Virus record (IMG/VR): IMGVR_UViG_3300043418_000114 | Coordinates: 62,001 to 126,000 of that record | Direction: 5' to 3' (one strand) | Length of the DNA stretch: 64,000 nucleotides | Shown here: piece after piece, positions 10,209 to 19,659 of the stretch | Layout: each line of letters begins with the position of its first letter | Numbering within the stretch: position 1 is the stretch's first letter | Made by a program: the position numbers and the translations under genes | The notes under the pieces: model-generated | What the model saw: the letters and a program-made list of their open reading frames with translations, nothing else | Database searches by the model: none | Told to the model about the DNA's origin: nothing

Positions 10209-10260
10209 ATCTCATAGGGAGATTTATGCAGTACCCACTGCGTAGCGGCTAGAACCCGCA
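10209..10260 (+). promoter_or_regulatory. Structured 5' leader (three consecutive hairpins)
   Basis: ATCTC/GAGAT, TATGCAGT/ACTGCGTA, GCGG/CCGC between late box 10195 and RBS of gene 10282. Confidence 0.55.
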
Positions 10261-10281
10261 ACTCATTTCAAAGGAAAACAA

Positions 10282-11661
10282 ATGGGACGTCCTCTAAAAA
10301 TTTCGAAAGCTGTCTTGTTAACAATGACAGGCACAGCATCAGCAACTGGTTTAGTAACTGTATCTGAAAACTTAAACACATTGAATATTATCGCTGGTAT
10401 GCCATTCACACCAAACGTTAATCGTGGTGGTTTAGTTGCTGGTACTACTTACTATGTTCTACAAGTTGTTTCTGCAAATACATTCACTGTTTCTGCAACC
10501 CAACTAAGTGCTAACCCTGACTCTACACCAGTAACGTTAACAAACTCATCAACATCAACTGTATTGACTGTTGGTTTCACTGACACTGGTTTCAACAACC
10601 CAGACAACTCTAACACAGCCGCACCTAGTGGTTCTAACGCATCATTCGGTGTCGTTGGTGGTAACACTGGTATCTATGGCAAGCAAGTTCTAGCGAACGT
10701 TGCATTCGGCGTTGAAGGTCAAGGTCGTGTAATCGCTGATACCGGTAGCAATATTGTTGTTGGTTATGGTACTGACTTTGCAAACATTGCAACAGGTACA
10801 CACTTGTATGCACACTGGGGAGATGATCCTGCAGTTCAACAATTGCTAGGAACCACAACTTCTACAGCAGGCGATGTGACTGTTGCAGTTGCTAACACAA
10901 ATGCTACTGGCAACGTTATCCGCACAACAGGCAATGCTCAAACACTAGTATTGAATGGTCCTGTTAATTTCAGTGCTAACTTAGGTGGTCTAATCACTGG
11001 TACAACTTACTGGGTTAAGTCTATTGCTAACGCAAGTGCTTTCACAGTTTCTGCAACACCATCAGGTGCAACATTCGGTCTATCAAGTGCGACTGGTACA
11101 CCAGATGCCACACAACAGCAAATCGTATTGGCAGCCGTATCAGCGAACAACGCAACTGGTACAAACGGCACAGGCGATACATTCGTTCAAGCTCTTCCAG
11201 AAGCAGGCTACATCTTGCGTCAAAAGGGTAAGACAAAGTATTTGGTACAAGGTACTGTAACTGGTATCGTTGGTGCTGCCTACACAGCTAACGTTGCTAA
11301 CACAGCGTTGACGCCAAACACAATGTCAATTATCTCCACAAATGCCGCATCTGGTACTAACTACATTTCTTCATTGAATGACTATCAATCTGAAACATTC
11401 CCAGCGCAAGTTGCGGCAGGTTCATTGTCAGCTGGCACTCAGTATGTAATCTATAATACAGGTACAACAGATTGGACAGCAGTTGGTGCACCATCTAATA
11501 TCACTGGTGTAACATTCACTGCTACAGCAACTGGTTCTGGTACAGGTACTGCAATCTTGACTACAGCTAACCCAGATGTAATCGCTACATTCGTAACAGC
11601 GTATGCGGCAAATACATATGGTGGCCAAACAACTCCAGTCGTAGTTATTAACAACGCTTAA
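10282..11661 (+). CDS. Virion structural protein with repeated beta-barrel modules
   Basis: MGRPLK N-terminus, YILRQKGKTKYLV core, two GGL(V/I)xGTTY(Y/W)V modules; biased codons. Confidence 0.65.
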   Translation: MGRPLKISKAVLLTMTGTASATGLVTVSENLNTLNIIAGMPFTPNVNRGGLVAGTTYYVLQVVSANTFTVSATQLSANPDSTPVTLTNSSTSTVLTVGFTDTGFNNPDNSNTAAPSGSNASFGVVGGNTGIYGKQVLANVAFGVEGQGRVIADTGSNIVVGYGTDFANIATGTHLYAHWGDDPAVQQLLGTTTSTAGDVTVAVANTNATGNVIRTTGNAQTLVLNGPVNFSANLGGLITGTTYWVKSIANASAFTVSATPSGATFGLSSATGTPDATQQQIVLAAVSANNATGTNGTGDTFVQALPEAGYILRQKGKTKYLVQGTVTGIVGAAYTANVANTALTPNTMSIISTNAASGTNYISSLNDYQSETFPAQVAAGSLSAGTQYVIYNTGTTDWTAVGAPSNITGVTFTATATGSGTGTAILTTANPDVIATFVTAYAANTYGGQTTPVVVINNA

Positions 11662-11670
11662 TACTAAGAA

Positions 11671-11994
11671 ATGAGTTTAAAGATGCCAGCCGCAAGAGCC
11701 ATCAAATCAACCCAAACAGCAACGGACGTTGCTGTTCTTCAGGTTCAAGTTCAGAACATCGAAGACAAAGTTGGCGAGATTAAAGAAGATGTGAAAGACC
11801 TTCGTCGAACTATTGAGAATCACGCTGAGGAAAATCAGAAGACACTCAAAGAGATGAAGGAAGCTAGCTCTACCGCTCACAAAGGCATGAACGACAAAAT
11901 TATCTCATTAGAGAAATGGCGTTGGATGATGATGGGAGCAGGTATAGCACTCGGTGCACTAGGACATAATTTTCTAGGAACACTGCTAAAATAA
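11671..11994 (+). CDS. Coiled-coil protein with C-terminal transmembrane helix
   Basis: Heptad region followed by WRWMMMGAGIALGALG. Confidence 0.6.
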   Translation: MSLKMPAARAIKSTQTATDVAVLQVQVQNIEDKVGEIKEDVKDLRRTIENHAEENQKTLKEMKEASSTAHKGMNDKIISLEKWRWMMMGAGIALGALGHNFLGTLLK

Positions 11995-11995
11995 G

Positions 11996-12023
11996 AAAAA
12001 GGGAACATTAAGTTCCCTTTTTT
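11996..12023. terminator. Bidirectional terminator between convergent genes
   Basis: AAAAAGGGAAC-ATTAA-GTTCCCTTTTTT. Confidence 0.8.
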
Positions 12024-12424
12024 GTTAGTGCTTTTAATTTCTCTTGAACTACATCAAAGTTCACTGTACTGAATAAGCCTGGATGCAGAGGCTTAGGATA
12101 TTGATTCAATCCCACCCATGCATACCCACAATGTTCATCGTTTAACGTAGGTATAAATTCATCTTGTACTTCACAAAAGAATGTGTTATATGTAAAATTG
12201 TTATTGACGAACTTTTGAATAGGCACTAGCTTGCCATCTTTAGGAAAGAAACCTAATTCTTCCTCACATTCTCTACTCAACCCTTCTAGTAGAGTTTCGT
12301 CATTTTCTATTTTACCACCAGGAATACCCCAGTTACCAGGATTCTTAGCATCTGTTCTTAGGAGATAAAGAAATCGTTCAGTACTGTTAGCGTAAAAGAA
12401 TATTCCTGCGGATATAGTTTTCAT
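12008..12424 (-). CDS. NUDIX hydrolase
   Basis: Nudix box WGIPGGKIENDETLLEGLSRECEEELG. Confidence 0.9.
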   Translation of the reverse strand: MKTISAGIFFYANSTERFLYLLRTDAKNPGNWGIPGGKIENDETLLEGLSRECEEELGFFPKDGKLVPIQKFVNNNFTYNTFFCEVQDEFIPTLNDEHCGYAWVGLNQYPKPLHPGLFSTVNFDVVQEKLKALTKKGT

Positions 12425-12430
12425 CTATAA

Positions 12431-12459
12431 AGTATAGCATAATATCAATTAAATGACAA
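12431..12459 (-). promoter_or_regulatory. sigma70-like promoter, leaderless mRNA predicted
   Basis: Minus strand TTGTCA-N17-TATACT with TG extension; ATG 6 nt downstream. Confidence 0.65.
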
Positions 12460-13819
12460 TGCTATAATCACCTTGATCGTACCAGCCTTCATATGACTTC
12501 ATCCAATAACCATCTGCCCAACGATATTGAATACCAGTGGTGATGTTTAGTACGTATTGAACGGCTGTGTCTTCTACGCTATTGAAACTAACAAACCATT
12601 GACCTGTTCCAGAATCATATTCAATGATATCATTTGCATTGGCAACTACGGTACCCCATGCTTCGGTAGAGTCGCCTTGATTGCCCATGTTTTCGACGAT
12701 TAGATATCGGCGACCATTCACGGGTGCTGGTAATCCTGCACCAGGACCAGTTGTCAATGGATTGATAACACTATCAACTGGATCAAGTGTGTTTTGTGGT
12801 AATGTATCTGGGTCGATATTGAATATCAACAAGCGATCATCAACTGGATCAGGCACAATTGTACCTACAATCTCAGTACTCATGAATGGATTCTGTAACC
12901 AAATCTGACTGATGCCTGGACGAACAGTACCGTACACGTTCAATAGACTTGACCAGTACAGTGAAGTGTTTGGGTTAGGTGGCAAATCCAAATCAACGTT
13001 CGGTGGATAGAAGTCTTGATTGGCAGGTAGAAGTTGTAAACTGTTGCCAATTAATAGTAGTTTATATCCATACGGTGTGATTTTTTGACGAGTGCCGAGT
13101 AGCAAATCATCATCTTGAATATCTTGTAATGCAGTACCTTGGTGAATACTTGCAATGATTTTCTCAATAACACCCATCTTTTTCAACTTACTTGCAGTTG
13201 AGATCCAGATAGGCATATAGAACTTCCATGTCATCACATCAATTGGATTACCAGTACCCTGCGGAATACTACGACTAGTAAATGTCAAGCCATCTTGAAA
13301 GACTGCACTAAGTGAAGTCCAGTCAATGAAGTTGTCAGTGCTTTGAATTTCCAACGCAGGATTGAATAAGGTGCCTAACTGTTCAATCAACTGCATCTTT
13401 TGATTATAGTTAGTTGTCCAGAAGTCAACGGTGATACGTAGGGTATATGGCGCAGGCATTAGTCGTTCAATAGTGAATGCTTGACCTTGTGTCTGTTCAT
13501 ATTGTTGAGTGTCAGGGTTGAATGTACGCTGACGAACGTTTACTTTATCAACGAATGTAGGATCCTGTAGCCACTTTTGATTATACTCTAAGCCACTGAT
13601 ATAATACGTGATCAGAGGTGCGCTAGGCAAGTTACTTGCTGAGTTGTTAGCAATAATTGTTGCGGCCTGTCTTGAGCTATCACCATACATGATAGGCACA
13701 CGAACGATGATATCATTGCCTGCAGGATCTTTACCCTTAGTAACTTCCCAGTTACTAAAGATTTTTGCAAACTGAATTAAGAATCTGCGTATTTGATTGT
13801 CGTAAAAAAATTGTGCCAT
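12449..13819 (-). CDS. Tail terminator / sheath stabiliser (T4 gp15-like) with C-terminal extension
   Basis: FFYDNQIRRFLIQFAKIFSN, VPIMYG, MPAPY, QLIEQLGTLFNP motifs. Confidence 0.75.
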   Translation of the reverse strand: MAQFFYDNQIRRFLIQFAKIFSNWEVTKGKDPAGNDIIVRVPIMYGDSSRQAATIIANNSASNLPSAPLITYYISGLEYNQKWLQDPTFVDKVNVRQRTFNPDTQQYEQTQGQAFTIERLMPAPYTLRITVDFWTTNYNQKMQLIEQLGTLFNPALEIQSTDNFIDWTSLSAVFQDGLTFTSRSIPQGTGNPIDVMTWKFYMPIWISTASKLKKMGVIEKIIASIHQGTALQDIQDDDLLLGTRQKITPYGYKLLLIGNSLQLLPANQDFYPPNVDLDLPPNPNTSLYWSSLLNVYGTVRPGISQIWLQNPFMSTEIVGTIVPDPVDDRLLIFNIDPDTLPQNTLDPVDSVINPLTTGPGAGLPAPVNGRRYLIVENMGNQGDSTEAWGTVVANANDIIEYDSGTGQWFVSFNSVEDTAVQYVLNITTGIQYRWADGYWMKSYEGWYDQGDYSIVI

Positions 13820-13822
13820 GTG

Positions 13823-15787
13823 TTATGCTACCGGTGGTAAGTTGTCTGGTGCCAATTGCAGAATGCTTGATAGCGCCTGCTTTTGCGGTACGTATGTACC
13901 ATCTGTAAGTTTTGTTTGTTGATCGTTACTGATGAATCCAGCTTTCTGAGACTCACTACCAAGACCGAATCCAGTTTCAGTTCTAACTTTAGTAGAGATA
14001 CGAACCCATAACTGTCCATCCCAACGGAACAACAATTGAGGGAAGTAGTCGATACGTAAGAAGTAATCTCCAACTTGTGGATTCTGTGGGAATGCAATAC
14101 CAGCACCCGTTGGGAATCCGTTAGGTGCTTCGCCAGTGCCATCTAGATAGCCAGTAGTGTAGCCAAAGCTACGTGGGCTACTACGTGCAATGTATTGATA
14201 TGCTGGGTCACAGTCGGCTCTAAAGTCCATTTGTGGACTGACTGTACCAGTAAAGTTACTAGCTACTGTTACGACTGTTCCAGCTGGAATAGTCATTGTA
14301 GTTGTTACAGGATCACCATTGCCATCAACAATAGTAAATGTTTTCAATATCTTGTCAACTGTACCAGTGAATGTATTTGGTGGGAATGGATTACCTGAAC
14401 CACTTGCTGTTAGAATAGTGGCAGTGATCATTAAGCCAGGCACGATATCATTGAAGTTTGCAGTATCAACAAATGAAATAACACTACTAACAGGTGGAAT
14501 AGTCAATGCAGTTAGTTCAATACTTGGGAATTGATCAGCAGTTGAATATGTGTTGTCAGATGTACCATATGGTCCAGTAATTTGTCCCATTGAGTAAACT
14601 GACATGGCTTTATCGCCACTGACACGCCCTGAACCTGTATCAGTTTGTGTTTTTGATAGAGTAATCTGTTCGATGTTGACTGTGTTCTTAACATTCAACT
14701 TTGCACTGACTTGGTCAGCAGTCATGTCCCAAATCGACTTTACTGCCGCTTTTGGAATTCTAACGACTGGACTTGGGTTTTTGTATTTAGGACTACGCAT
14801 CATCGCCACAACACCAGTTGGTATTGGTGCACCACCAGAAGTAGTGATGATGTTGATAGGAGGTGCAGGCTGATTATACTTGCCAGATAGGGTATTGTTC
14901 GTTCCGAACTCACCATACGTAGGCACAATGTATAGCTTGCTTCTATCGTAACCTGCCTTAGGCAACAATCTTGCCGCCTCTTGTAGTGCCGCATCATTGA
15001 TTGCAATGTTTTTGTTGTATGTACTCAATATGTCTGCTAGGTTATCGGCAGTATCTAGTTGCCAGTATGTGTCATTTGGAGGTGTTATGCCAGCTGGAAC
15101 ATCTATTTTTGCAACATAATTCTTGTCGCCAAATGTCATGACATACCCAGCTGGATAGGTCTTGGTTTTATCCCAGATGCCTAGATATGTATCTTGATTT
15201 ACTGGTGCAGAAAGAATTTGACTGAATTCTTCACTATTGACCAACGGTTCACACTTGATACGCCATAGATGTGGATACCATGTCTGTGAAAAACCCTCGC
15301 TGGCATAGTTACCATCTGTGATTTGATAGAATCGTTTCAACGCTGTTGGCAACTTTTCATCTAGTGGGTTATAGTCTAGTAAGTGTGGTAGCTCAATAAC
15401 GTCACCTACCATCAATTTACGACCAACCAAGTCGATCATGTCATTATAGTGAATGGTTATAAAAAGAATGTCATTATTTAAGAACAGACCGAATTGTGAT
15501 AAATCAAAGTCTAAGTTCTGAACATTGTAATGTCCACGTAAGCGGAAAATGTTAGGATCATAAGCTCTGTCTCTGTTTTCTAAAAAGAGCAAATCTTGAA
15601 TATTTGTTGGACTTAGAGTAGCATATTCTGGTTGCGTTGCGTCCGCACTTGGACCCTGGTTCTGAGGACCTAGGTATTTGTGAACATATAAATCGGTACC
15701 GCCAACTGTCATTTGCTCAGACACAGTTCTATCCATGAATCTGTAGTCGTTTTGCTTATTTGGGCGGTAAAGTGATAATCTTGGCAT
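13823..15787 (-). CDS. Neck / head-tail connector protein (T4 gp14-like) with inserted carbohydrate-binding-like module
   Basis: DLSQFGLFL, GDVIELPHL motifs; WDKTKTYPAG...YWQL module; adjacent to gp15-like gene. Confidence 0.65.
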   Translation of the reverse strand: MPRLSLYRPNKQNDYRFMDRTVSEQMTVGGTDLYVHKYLGPQNQGPSADATQPEYATLSPTNIQDLLFLENRDRAYDPNIFRLRGHYNVQNLDFDLSQFGLFLNNDILFITIHYNDMIDLVGRKLMVGDVIELPHLLDYNPLDEKLPTALKRFYQITDGNYASEGFSQTWYPHLWRIKCEPLVNSEEFSQILSAPVNQDTYLGIWDKTKTYPAGYVMTFGDKNYVAKIDVPAGITPPNDTYWQLDTADNLADILSTYNKNIAINDAALQEAARLLPKAGYDRSKLYIVPTYGEFGTNNTLSGKYNQPAPPINIITTSGGAPIPTGVVAMMRSPKYKNPSPVVRIPKAAVKSIWDMTADQVSAKLNVKNTVNIEQITLSKTQTDTGSGRVSGDKAMSVYSMGQITGPYGTSDNTYSTADQFPSIELTALTIPPVSSVISFVDTANFNDIVPGLMITATILTASGSGNPFPPNTFTGTVDKILKTFTIVDGNGDPVTTTMTIPAGTVVTVASNFTGTVSPQMDFRADCDPAYQYIARSSPRSFGYTTGYLDGTGEAPNGFPTGAGIAFPQNPQVGDYFLRIDYFPQLLFRWDGQLWVRISTKVRTETGFGLGSESQKAGFISNDQQTKLTDGTYVPQKQALSSILQLAPDNLPPVA

Positions 15788-15840
15788 GGGTAATGTACCT
15801 TATAGCTTATTTATCGCAAACTCAGCCTATAAATATTGTC

Positions 15841-16539
15841 ATGAACTATCTAGATTTTAAAAATATATTTGTGGTTTTTCCGATGGGCACTGGTGGAAAT
15901 CATCTAGCAAACCTTCTAAGTTTACACCACGATATGGAACCTAGATTTAATATACCGGCGCACAATTATCAAGATGTAATGAAGTATAGATACGTCACCT
16001 ATCTATCAAATATAAACATCGACGATGGCTATGGCGAAGCAACAGTCCACTACACTAACTTAGAGAACCTACGACAAGATACATGGAAAGTACACGCTGA
16101 CTCGGTAGTTAATAGTGAAAAAATCTACGTTTTGTGTGCCCATTCCGATGAATATGTGTTCACAAACACATTAGGCATACTAGATCAACTCGACAATAGA
16201 TTAATCATATTATTCACATATCCAAAAGTTGGATCATATGCACATAAACGACATGCAGATGGTCACTGGTATAGACCAGAAGAAACTCCATACACGACAG
16301 ATGAATTTGTTGCAAAAATAAACTCTCATGGAAAGTTATATGCCACTCACGGCCCATATCGCAAACCAGACACGGATCATGTAATCACTATTGATACCGA
16401 TCTGTTTGTATCTGATACAGGATTCGACTACATTAAACAAATATTGGACGAAAAGATAGGATTAGAACTTCCAGAATCTGGAAGAGAACTACATTCCCTA
16501 TGGTTCAACGCAGTAAAATTGATATCCGTCGAATCTTGA
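15841..16539 (+). CDS. Hypothetical protein (start moved to ATG 15841), possible P-loop/sulfotransferase-like
   Basis: TATAAATA 5 nt before ATG; FPMGTGGNHL N-terminal loop. Confidence 0.55.
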   Translation: MNYLDFKNIFVVFPMGTGGNHLANLLSLHHDMEPRFNIPAHNYQDVMKYRYVTYLSNINIDDGYGEATVHYTNLENLRQDTWKVHADSVVNSEKIYVLCAHSDEYVFTNTLGILDQLDNRLIILFTYPKVGSYAHKRHADGHWYRPEETPYTTDEFVAKINSHGKLYATHGPYRKPDTDHVITIDTDLFVSDTGFDYIKQILDEKIGLELPESGRELHSLWFNAVKLISVES

Positions 16540-16564
16540 CAATATTTTAGATACCTGTTACCAT
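16536..16564 (+). promoter_or_regulatory. sigma70-like early promoter
   Basis: TTGACA-N17-TACCAT with TG extension, upstream of AAGGAG RBS. Confidence 0.7.
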
Positions 16565-16594
16565 CACTAAATCATTGTAAAGGAGTAGCCGTAG

Positions 16595-17743
16595 ATGGCG
16601 ACACGCAAACGAAATTCCGAAGATCATTCTCAAGTAAAAGCACTTAATCCTAGAAGCCCAGAGACCAAATACACTGGTGATGAACCATTGTTCGTTCTCC
16701 AGCCAGAGAATCGCATGGTGGCTTTAATGAGTAGCTTTACTTGGTACAATACATTCTATGGCAAAAAAGATGCCAAAGAACTAATGTGTCAGTACCTAGA
16801 CTTTAGTGGTCGAACCAATGAAGCAAAAACAATTCGCAAAGTACAAGATAACGAATTCAACAATACATTCTGCTGGCTAGCACGAATGCGCCTACGCGGT
16901 CTAGAACTCAATGAGCAGGAAGAAGCTCGTTTTGAGAAAGAGATTGATAGATTAATGAGTGCGCTACAAAAGCCAGAAGAAGTTAAAACAGAATCTGATG
17001 GTCCAACTCGCCCGAATATTCAAGAAATCATGCGAGAGAAGGCACACGATGCCGCTGGCGAACTTGAAGGATCATTTGATGACTTCATCACAACCGGCAA
17101 AGCTCCCAAGACAATGGACGTTGTTGCAAAATTCAATGTGATGCCACAGCATATCTCCATTATCACTGATATCTGGAAGAAAAAGCAAAGTGAATTTGCT
17201 GAACTCCAGAAGGGCGACGACAAGCAACTAGTCGAAGGCTACTCACATCTTAGTAAGATTCAGGTAAGAAATGTTGTAAAGTATATTGACCAAGTTCTCA
17301 CTGACCTGAATTCATATATCTCTGTCAAGAAAGCAAGCAAAGCTCCTAGGGCACGTAAAGCCGTACCAGTTGAAAAGCAAGTCGCCAAGTTGAAATACTT
17401 GAAGACTTTCAAAGATGCCGCTACGAAGCTAGACCTGGTCAGTATTAGTCCAGTGAAGCTACATGGTGCATCGGAAGCATGGGTCTACGACACTGCCAAA
17501 CGAAAACTGCATCACTATATCGCAGATGAATACTCCAAGAGTTTCACAGTCAAGGGTAATACTATTCTTGGCTTTGATAAAACAAAGAGTGAAATCAAGA
17601 CTCTACGCAAACCAGCAGAGCAAATTAAAGAAATCATGGGTAGCAAGCCTGCCGCTAGAAAGTACTTTGATGGTATCAAGGCAGTTGCAACGTCACCTAA
17701 TGGTCGCTTTAATGAAGCACTCGTTATTTTGAAGGCATTCTAA
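16595..17743 (+). CDS. Basic phage protein of unknown function
   Basis: 382-aa Lys-rich ORF, strong RBS, first gene of an early operon. Confidence 0.75.
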   Translation: MATRKRNSEDHSQVKALNPRSPETKYTGDEPLFVLQPENRMVALMSSFTWYNTFYGKKDAKELMCQYLDFSGRTNEAKTIRKVQDNEFNNTFCWLARMRLRGLELNEQEEARFEKEIDRLMSALQKPEEVKTESDGPTRPNIQEIMREKAHDAAGELEGSFDDFITTGKAPKTMDVVAKFNVMPQHISIITDIWKKKQSEFAELQKGDDKQLVEGYSHLSKIQVRNVVKYIDQVLTDLNSYISVKKASKAPRARKAVPVEKQVAKLKYLKTFKDAATKLDLVSISPVKLHGASEAWVYDTAKRKLHHYIADEYSKSFTVKGNTILGFDKTKSEIKTLRKPAEQIKEIMGSKPAARKYFDGIKAVATSPNGRFNEALVILKAF

Positions 17744-17907
17744 TGACACGTGATACCGGATATGCGATTCTGTTAGGGTTCGTAATTTGTACCATCGTTC
17801 ATACTCTGCCGTTTACTGATTCAGAACAGTACCGCAGAGCCATCAAAGAATGTGAAAGAACTCTACCAAGAGATAAACATTGTAAAGTTATTGGAGTACC
17901 AGAATGA
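17743..17907 (+). CDS. Small membrane-anchored protein (54 aa; below ORF-track cutoff)
   Basis: MTRDTGYAILLGFVICTIVHTLPF...; start and stop overlap both neighbours and fill the gap exactly. Confidence 0.7.
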   Translation: MTRDTGYAILLGFVICTIVHTLPFTDSEQYRRAIKECERTLPRDKHCKVIGVPE

Positions 17908-18221
17908 AAATGTATATTTGTATTAAAGACGATATCCCAGTGGGCATCGCAATGAACTCTGCGGCACATGGTAGTCTAATGTGTCATCTAAAATACTACG
18001 ATTGTAATGATCGTACAAATTACCATACTTGGCTCAAAAAGAGTTTCAAGAAAGTAACTTGCATGGTTACGCCTGCAGAATTTGCTATGCTAAAAGAAGT
18101 ATCAGATAGCATTGTTGTGACTGAAAGCCGTCTAGATGGCAAAGAAGTTGCAGTTGTTCTTTGTCCTCGACCAGATACTGACTGGCCCGAGTTTGTCAAT
18201 CTATTGAAGATGTGGAAATGA
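17904..18221 (+). CDS. Peptidyl-tRNA hydrolase, PTH2 family
   Basis: KMYICIKDDIPVGIAMNSAAH, WLKKSFKKV pattern of PTH2. Confidence 0.7.
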   Translation: MKMYICIKDDIPVGIAMNSAAHGSLMCHLKYYDCNDRTNYHTWLKKSFKKVTCMVTPAEFAMLKEVSDSIVVTESRLDGKEVAVVLCPRPDTDWPEFVNLLKMWK

Positions 18222-18781
18222 AAACTAAAGTTGTTAATTTATACGGTGGGCCTGGAACAGGCAAAAGCACTACTGCCGCTGGATTATTCAGTGAATTGAA
18301 ACAGCGTGGCGTCAATTGCGAATACGTACAAGAGTACGCAAAAGACAAAGCATGGGAGTTTGGCACTAGTCACATGGGTGTCCCTAAGGTCTTTCAAGCA
18401 CAAGAATACATCTTCGGCAAGCAACATTTTCGTATGCGTAGATGCGCTCAGGATGTTGATGTGATTATCACTGATTGTCCATTGTTTCTAGGACTGATAT
18501 ACATGCCAGAAGACTTTGAAATTCCAAGTCTGCGGCCAGCAATCCGTGAAGCATACGACATTTACGATAACCTAGACGTATTCTTAGTCAGGCACAAGGA
18601 ATACAACCCCAAGGGACGTTTTCAAACAGAAGACAAAGCGAAAGAGCTAGATACCACTATACGTGACATGCTAGTATCGCAAAATGTAAACTACGAAGTC
18701 GTTGATAGCGACCGTGATGCAGTCACCAATATCATCATTAAGATGAAAGAACGTGGCTGGGCACAAGATATTACTATATAA
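18218..18781 (+). CDS. P-loop NTPase/kinase (NadR/AAA_28-like)
   Basis: NLYGGPGTGKST, EYAK, IITDCPL, YNPKGRFQ. Confidence 0.75.
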   Translation: MKTKVVNLYGGPGTGKSTTAAGLFSELKQRGVNCEYVQEYAKDKAWEFGTSHMGVPKVFQAQEYIFGKQHFRMRRCAQDVDVIITDCPLFLGLIYMPEDFEIPSLRPAIREAYDIYDNLDVFLVRHKEYNPKGRFQTEDKAKELDTTIRDMLVSQNVNYEVVDSDRDAVTNIIIKMKERGWAQDITI

Positions 18782-18789
18782 GGAAAATT

Positions 18790-19203
18790 ATGACACAAAA
18801 TATCGATTTGAATAAATACACTAAATTCGTTGACGCTGTAACTAGCAAAGAATCAAACAACTTTGATCACATGTTACCACGAGTCAATGAACTCCGCAAC
18901 ACAACCAACGTAAACGTCAGTCTATTACTGACTGCATGTTTGGGACTCCCTGCTGAAACAGGCGAATTCGTTGAAATTCCTAAAAAGATTTTCTTCCAAG
19001 GCAAGCCACTCACTGATGCAGAAATCTTCCATATGAAACGTGAACTAGGCGATATCATGTGGTATTGGATTCAAGCATGTCGTGCCCTGAATCTTGATCC
19101 TAATGATGTTATCGACGAGAACGTTAGAAAACTAGAAGCACGTTATCCAGGCGGCTCCTTTGATGCTCACTACAGTGAGAATCGCCAAGAACACGATATC
19201 TGA
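18790..19203 (+). CDS. mazG: MazG-like nucleotide pyrophosphohydrolase
   Basis: GLPAETGEF, RELGDIMWY, NVRKLEARYP. Confidence 0.85.
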   Translation: MTQNIDLNKYTKFVDAVTSKESNNFDHMLPRVNELRNTTNVNVSLLLTACLGLPAETGEFVEIPKKIFFQGKPLTDAEIFHMKRELGDIMWYWIQACRALNLDPNDVIDENVRKLEARYPGGSFDAHYSENRQEHDI

Positions 19204-19204
19204 T

Positions 19205-19429
19205 ATGGCTCCTTGGAACGAAGAAGGTCTTTACCTATTCACTGTCGAGGAGTATAATCAACTCCCCGACGGCATCGAATTAACGTGTATCATGGACGAT
19301 GAAAAAGCTATCAAAGGCAAAGACTGCATCGACCTAGATACACGATTCGGACACATCGCTTACGGTGTCTATCATCCATGGGAACATGAGTTGAAAGACC
19401 TGTTCTTGGTTTTCAAACTCAAAGAATGA
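19205..19429 (+). CDS. Hypothetical protein (start moved to ATG 19205)
   Basis: ORF immediately after mazG stop. Confidence 0.6.
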   Translation: MAPWNEEGLYLFTVEEYNQLPDGIELTCIMDDEKAIKGKDCIDLDTRFGHIAYGVYHPWEHELKDLFLVFKLKE

Positions 19430-19644
19430 GAAGTCCTGTTTCTGATAAGGAATGGAATGACTTTATTGCTAGAAAAATGACAGTTTCACCTTGGCAAGAG
19501 TTTTATGCATGGAGACCTGTCAAAGTACACGGCAAGTGGGTTTGGTTAGAAACAGTATACCGACGTTGCATTAACACATATGTTGATATGGATAATTGGA
19601 AACGGTACGAGTACGGCACAATCTTTGATGTGCTAACAAATTAA
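19426..19644 (+). CDS. Hypothetical Trp-rich protein
   Basis: ATGA overlap; WQEFYAWRPV...WVWLE. Confidence 0.65.
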   Translation: MRSPVSDKEWNDFIARKMTVSPWQEFYAWRPVKVHGKWVWLETVYRRCINTYVDMDNWKRYEYGTIFDVLTN

Positions 19645-19659
19645 TATTATTGACTAATA

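Noticed and set aside
10245-10259. preQ1-I riboswitch-like GGTTCTAG on the minus strand
   Set aside because: Loop too short, no A-rich 3' tail, and wrong orientation relative to the downstream gene.
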